Positions 6,922 through 10,446 of a stretch of DNA of 10,446 bases are shown in pieces (within the stretch, counting starts at the first letter, position 1; each line of letters starts with the position of its first letter). Location: positions 1-10,446 of the forward strand of contig JAOZFH010000037.1 of the NCBI GenBank assembly GCA_027491415.1, read 5' to 3'. Position numbers and translations under genes: made by a program. The notes below the pieces were generated by a model. The model had not been told where the DNA came from, did no database searches, and saw only the letters and a list, made by a program, of their open reading frames with translations. Origin of the DNA: Thermoproteota archaeon. GTDB taxonomy: Archaea; Korarchaeota; Korarchaeia; Korarchaeales; Korarchaeaceae.

Positions 6922-8160
6922 ATGGCCAAGTCCGTTCAGCAGAGGATGATGTCCCTCAACGGGGATGAGGCAGTTGCATGGGCGGCCAGGCAGAGCAACG
7001 TTGACGTCGTGGCCGCCTTCCCGATAACCCCCCAGACGATCATCATGGAGAGGATCGCAGAGTTCATCCACGACGGACTGATGGACTCTGAGATCATCAG
7101 GGTTGAGAGCGAGCACAGCGCCCTGAGCGCCTCTTGGGGCGCCTCGATCGCCGGGGCGAGGGCTTTCACGGCCACGGCGGCCAACGGACTCGCCCTCATG
7201 TGGGAGATCCTCTACATAGTCGCGTCGAGCAGGGCCCCCGTGGTGATGGCGGTTGTCAACAGGGCCCTGAGCGCCCCGATCAACATCCACTGTGACCACA
7301 GCGACTCCATGGGAGCCAGAGACTCTGGCTGGATCCAGATCTACAGTGAGGACGCCCAGGAGGCGTACGACAACACGATCCAGGCCTTCAGGATAGCGGA
7401 GCACGAGAACGTCCAGCTCCCGGTCATGGTGATGCTGGACGGCTTCCTGATCTCCCACACGATGCAGAACGTACAGATACTCCCTGAGGACGTAGTGTCG
7501 GATTTCGTGGGCTACAGGAAGCCCTCGAGGATCAAGCTGCCCGAGTTCTACGGCGAGAAGGAGATCCCCCTCATGCTCAACCCCAAGTACCCGATCTCCA
7601 TAGGCCCGCTTGACCTTTACGACTACTACTTCGAGCACAAGATGCAGCAGATCGAGGCCATGAAGAGGGCGCCCGAGGTGATCAAGGAGATCCACAAGGA
7701 GTTCGCTGAGATAAGCGGAAGATCCTACGGCGACGGCCTGCTCGACCCATACAGGGCGGAGGATGCGGACGCCCTGATAATGGGCATAGGGAGCACGATG
7801 GGCACCATGAAGGCCGTGGTCGACGAGCTCAGGGAGGAAGGAAAGAAGGTGGGCTCCGTCAGGATCAGGACGTTCAGGCCCTTCCCGGCCGACGAGATAA
7901 GGGAGCTTGCCTCTGGCGTCTCCTCTCTGGGAGTGCTTGACAGGAGCGCCAGCTTCGGAGCGGAGGGCGGGCCCCTGTTCATGGAGGTCAGGTCGGCCCT
8001 CTACAGCCTCAAGGACAGGCCGCCGGTGCTCGGCTACATCTACGGACTGGGAGGCAGGGACATGCCGCCGAGGCTCCTGAAGAAGATCGCCGAGGAGGTT
8101 CTGAGCACCAGGGAGGAGCCGGAGAGGCCCAGGGTGGGCTACCCGGGGGCGAGGGAGTAG
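6922..8160 (+). CDS. porA: Pyruvate/2-oxoacid:ferredoxin oxidoreductase alpha subunit
   Basis: GDEAVA, AAFPITPQT, ESEHSALSA, GARAFTATAANGL, NRALSAPINIHCDHSD, DGFLISH, FRPFP and GLGGRD. RBS GGGAGGTG. Ends in TAG. Confidence 0.95.
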   Translation: MAKSVQQRMMSLNGDEAVAWAARQSNVDVVAAFPITPQTIIMERIAEFIHDGLMDSEIIRVESEHSALSASWGASIAGARAFTATAANGLALMWEILYIVASSRAPVVMAVVNRALSAPINIHCDHSDSMGARDSGWIQIYSEDAQEAYDNTIQAFRIAEHENVQLPVMVMLDGFLISHTMQNVQILPEDVVSDFVGYRKPSRIKLPEFYGEKEIPLMLNPKYPISIGPLDLYDYYFEHKMQQIEAMKRAPEVIKEIHKEFAEISGRSYGDGLLDPYRAEDADALIMGIGSTMGTMKAVVDELREEGKKVGSVRIRTFRPFPADEIRELASGVSSLGVLDRSASFGAEGGPLFMEVRSALYSLKDRPPVLGYIYGLGGRDMPPRLLKKIAEEVLSTREEPERPRVGYPGARE

Positions 8161-8172
8161 GGGGGTGATTGT

Positions 8173-9174
8173 ATGGCTGAGACCAAGTGGGTTCCCAACA
8201 TAAGGCAGATCGCGAAGGAGATGCACGAGAGGGGCTTCACCGGGATCACTCCGGGCCACAGGCTCTGCGCCGGATGCGTGGCCGGAACCATCGTCAGGCA
8301 GGTTATGATGGCCGCCAGGAAGCCGGTCGTCGTCATCAACGCGACTGGCTGCCTCGAGGTGGCCACCACGATCTTTCCTTACACCGCCTGGCAGGTCCCT
8401 TGGGCGCACAACGCCTTTGAGAACGCCGCCGCCGTGGCCTCTGGCGTTGAGAGGGCTCAAGCCAAGCTCATCAGGGACAAGAGGTTCGAGGGAGACCCGG
8501 ACATAGAGATGGACTACGACATCGTCGTCTTCGGCGGCGACGGAGGCACCTACGACATAGGCCTCCAGGCGCTTTCTGGCGCCATGGAGAGGGGCCACAA
8601 GTTCATGTACGTGCTCTACGACAACGAGGCGTACATGAACACGGGCATCCAGAGGTCGGGAAGCACTCCCTTCGGGGCGTGGACCACCACGACACCGGCG
8701 GGCAAGGTCATACCGGGCAAGCCTGTCGGAAAGAAGCCGCTGGTGGACATAATAGCGGCCCACAGGATCCCCTACGTCGCCACCGTCTCGCCCTACTACT
8801 GGAACGACGCTCTCGTGAAGTTCAGGAAGGGATTTGAGGCCGACGGACCGGTGTTCATCAGGGCGTTCTCCACGTGCAACAGGGGCTGGTACAACGCCCC
8901 GGAGGAGTCCATAGCGATCTCCAGGCTAGCCGTGGAGACCTGCGTCTTCCCGCTCTACGAGGTCGTAAACGGGGTTGAGTGGAGGCTCTCACCGCCCAGC
9001 CTCGCCATAGCCAAGAACCCTGAGAAGAAGAAGCCGGTGGAGGAGTACCTGAAGACCCAGCGCAGGTTCAGGCACATGTTTGAGCCCGAGAACAGGTGGA
9101 TGATCAAGCGCTTCCAGGAGATGGTCGACTACGAGTGGGAACTCCTACTGGAGCGAGCCGGACTCAAGGGCTGA
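8173..9174 (+). CDS. porB: Pyruvate/2-oxoacid:ferredoxin oxidoreductase beta subunit (TPP-binding)
   Basis: GHRLCAGC, ATGCLEV, FENAAAVASG, TPP motif GGDGGTYDIGLQALSG...YDNEAYMNTGIQRS, and STCNRGW. RBS GGGGGTGAT. Substrate specificity (POR versus VOR) cannot be proven by eye. Confidence 0.95.
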   Translation: MAETKWVPNIRQIAKEMHERGFTGITPGHRLCAGCVAGTIVRQVMMAARKPVVVINATGCLEVATTIFPYTAWQVPWAHNAFENAAAVASGVERAQAKLIRDKRFEGDPDIEMDYDIVVFGGDGGTYDIGLQALSGAMERGHKFMYVLYDNEAYMNTGIQRSGSTPFGAWTTTTPAGKVIPGKPVGKKPLVDIIAAHRIPYVATVSPYYWNDALVKFRKGFEADGPVFIRAFSTCNRGWYNAPEESIAISRLAVETCVFPLYEVVNGVEWRLSPPSLAIAKNPEKKKPVEEYLKTQRRFRHMFEPENRWMIKRFQEMVDYEWELLLERAGLKG

Positions 9175-9206
9175 TGGGCTGAAGGCCCTGCCCACCCCAC
9201 CACCCA

Positions 9207-9212
9207 TTTTTT
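9207..9212 (+). terminator. Possible oligo-T terminator after the POR operon
   Basis: T6 run about 33 nt after the porB stop, preceded by a C-rich tract. Confidence 0.35.
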
Positions 9213-9257
9213 CCGAGAAAGGCGGAGAAACCTTTTTGAGTGGCTAACCCGGCAAGC

Positions 9258-9548
9258 ATGGGGTCAAGGGTGGCCGAGAGGCGGGTGCACCTCAAGATCA
9301 GCGGGATCGTGCAGGGCGTCGGCTTCAGAGCCTTCGTGTGGAGGAACGCGCGATCCCTTGGCCTGAAGGGGTACGTTAGAAACCTTCCAGACGGAACTGT
9401 GGAGGTCGTGGCCGAGGGGGACGAGCAGGCCTTGAGGAAGCTCGTTGACCTCTGCTGGAGGGGGCCTGCCTTCGCTAGGGTCGACTCAGTGACGGAACGC
9501 TGGGAGGACCCCGAGGGGGAGTTCGAGGACTTCTCCATCGCCTGGTGA
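9258..9548 (+). CDS. acyP: Acylphosphatase
   Basis: GIVQGVGFR, GLKGYVRNLPDGTVEVVAEG, GPAFARV and FEDFSI. Start is probably ATG 9258 (or GTG 9270), downstream of a TATA-like AAACCTTTTTGAG (9228-9240). Confidence 0.95.
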   Translation: MGSRVAERRVHLKISGIVQGVGFRAFVWRNARSLGLKGYVRNLPDGTVEVVAEGDEQALRKLVDLCWRGPAFARVDSVTERWEDPEGEFEDFSIAW

Positions 9549-9570
9549 TCCCAACCCAACCCCTCTCTGA

Positions 9571-9828
9571 TCACTCCTCCTCCCAGAAGTCCTCCTCCGC
9601 CAGGCCCCAATCCTCTTCCTCTTCCTCTTCCGTCTCCCAGAGGTCCTCGTCCTCGAGCCAGCTCTCCTCTTCAAAGCCCTCCTCTATGAGGTCGACCTCC
9701 TCAACGACTCCCTCGGAGATTATCACGTGCAGGAGGGCCTTGCACGAGGGACAGGAGACCTCCCCCTCGTAGTCCATCTCCTCGATCTTGAAGTGGGCCC
9801 CGCAGGAGGGGCAGACTATCTCAGGCAT
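9571..9828 (-). CDS. Small zinc-ribbon protein, LysW/ArgW-like, with an extended acidic Trp-containing tail
   Basis: CPSCG-x17-CPSC ribbon (GEVSCPSCKALLHV resembles LysW GE.v.CpxCGAeLEV), a very acidic tail with an internal EEDWG, and a C-terminal Glu. TATA-like TTTATGAA at 9861-9868 on the minus strand. Confidence 0.7.
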   Translation of the reverse strand: MPEIVCPSCGAHFKIEEMDYEGEVSCPSCKALLHVIISEGVVEEVDLIEEGFEEESWLEDEDLWETEEEEEEDWGLAEEDFWEEE

Positions 9829-9869
9829 GGCTCACGCCGCGGCGGGGCCCGGGTGTGCGATTCATAAAC

Positions 9870-10445
9870 TTATCGCGACTGGACACGGGATCTCCTCGAT
9901 GGACAGCTCTCGGCGACGGGGCACCTGTCGCACAGCGGGCGGGCCTTGCACACCCTCCTGCCGAATTCGATCAGGGCGAAGTGGGCCGTCATCCTCTCCT
10001 CGGGCCGAAAGATGTCCTCCAGCGCTCCCTTGATCTCGGCGTATCCGGCGTTTTCCGGGACCAGCCCGAGCCTCTTGGCCACCCTCCCGACGTGCACATC
10101 CACCGGCAGGATTGGGTGACCGAGGGCCATGAGTCTGACATCCGCCACCTTGTCCCCGATCCCCGGCAGAGATTTCAGCGTCTCCCGAGCCTCTTCCAAG
10201 TCCGCGTCGGCCAGGGAGGCCACCCCGGGGCCCTCAAGCTCCCACTCCGCCAGGGCCTTGACCGCCCTAGCCTTAGACCTGTACATGCCCGACACCCGGA
10301 TTGCGTCCTCCAGGTCCTCCAAGGGGGCCTCCGCGATCTCCTTGGCTCCGCCGGGAAATCTCTCCATGAGCCTCTTCACGGCCTCCCTCTCCAGCTTGGC
10401 GGTCGTCCTGGGCGACACGGCGATGGTCACCGCGACCCAGAAGGG
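9870..10445 (-). CDS. nth: Endonuclease III-family HhH-GPD DNA glycosylase (5' end outside the window)
   Basis: SGMYRSKA, HhH LKSLPGIGDKVAD with catalytic Lys, PVDVHVGRVAKRLG with catalytic Asp, and Fe-S loop CKARPLCDRCPVAESC. The frame stays open to the window edge (PFWVAVTIAVSPRT). Confidence 0.88.
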   Translation of the reverse strand, partial: PFWVAVTIAVSPRTTAKLEREAVKRLMERFPGGAKEIAEAPLEDLEDAIRVSGMYRSKARAVKALAEWELEGPGVASLADADLEEARETLKSLPGIGDKVADVRLMALGHPILPVDVHVGRVAKRLGLVPENAGYAEIKGALEDIFRPEERMTAHFALIEFGRRVCKARPLCDRCPVAESCPSRRSRVQSR

Positions 10446-10446
10446 G

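Noticed and set aside
6919-8763. 614-aa antisense ORF across porA and porB
   Set aside because: It is the codon-aligned shadow of two GC-rich genes in the same frame, with no recognisable motifs and an Arg/His/Leu/Val-rich antisense composition.
9545-9772. Ser-rich ORF and TCC/TCT repeat tract
   Set aside because: It is the antisense of the poly-Glu tail of 9571..9828, not an independent gene or DNA repeat.
1-10446. tRNA/rRNA, CRISPR array, IS element or integrase
   Set aside because: The window is almost fully coding. No cloverleaf, regularly spaced direct repeats, terminal inverted repeats or transposase-like ORFs were seen.

Overview
A GC-rich archaeal housekeeping and central-metabolism window. 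AGG/ATA codon usage, GGTGA-type ribosome-binding sites, TATA-like boxes and an archaeal-type MAT suggest a thermophilic archaeon; the lineage cannot be fixed from sequence alone. There are 14 genes: archaeal S-adenosylmethionine synthetase, a secreted DOMON-like/S-layer-like protein, an SPFH/prohibitin protein, a PPC/DUF296 protein, a cupin, SurE, a two-thioredoxin-unit protein disulfide oxidoreductase (PDO), a four-gene pyruvate/2-oxoacid:ferredoxin oxidoreductase operon (gamma-delta-alpha-beta), acylphosphatase, a small LysW-like zinc-ribbon protein with a long acidic Trp-repeat tail, and a 5'-truncated endonuclease III. No RNA genes, CRISPR arrays or mobile elements were seen. The main observation is that the PDO gene appears to start at a TTG (5823) behind a strong RBS and carries an in-frame amber (TAG) at codon 19 that the ORF track hides. 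The only gene-terminal TAG in the window (POR alpha) would, if read through, fuse alpha in frame to beta. This points to amber readthrough/recoding, a recent nonsense mutation, or an assembly error. The same PDO has lost both cysteines of its first CXXC and has a His-rich N-terminus.
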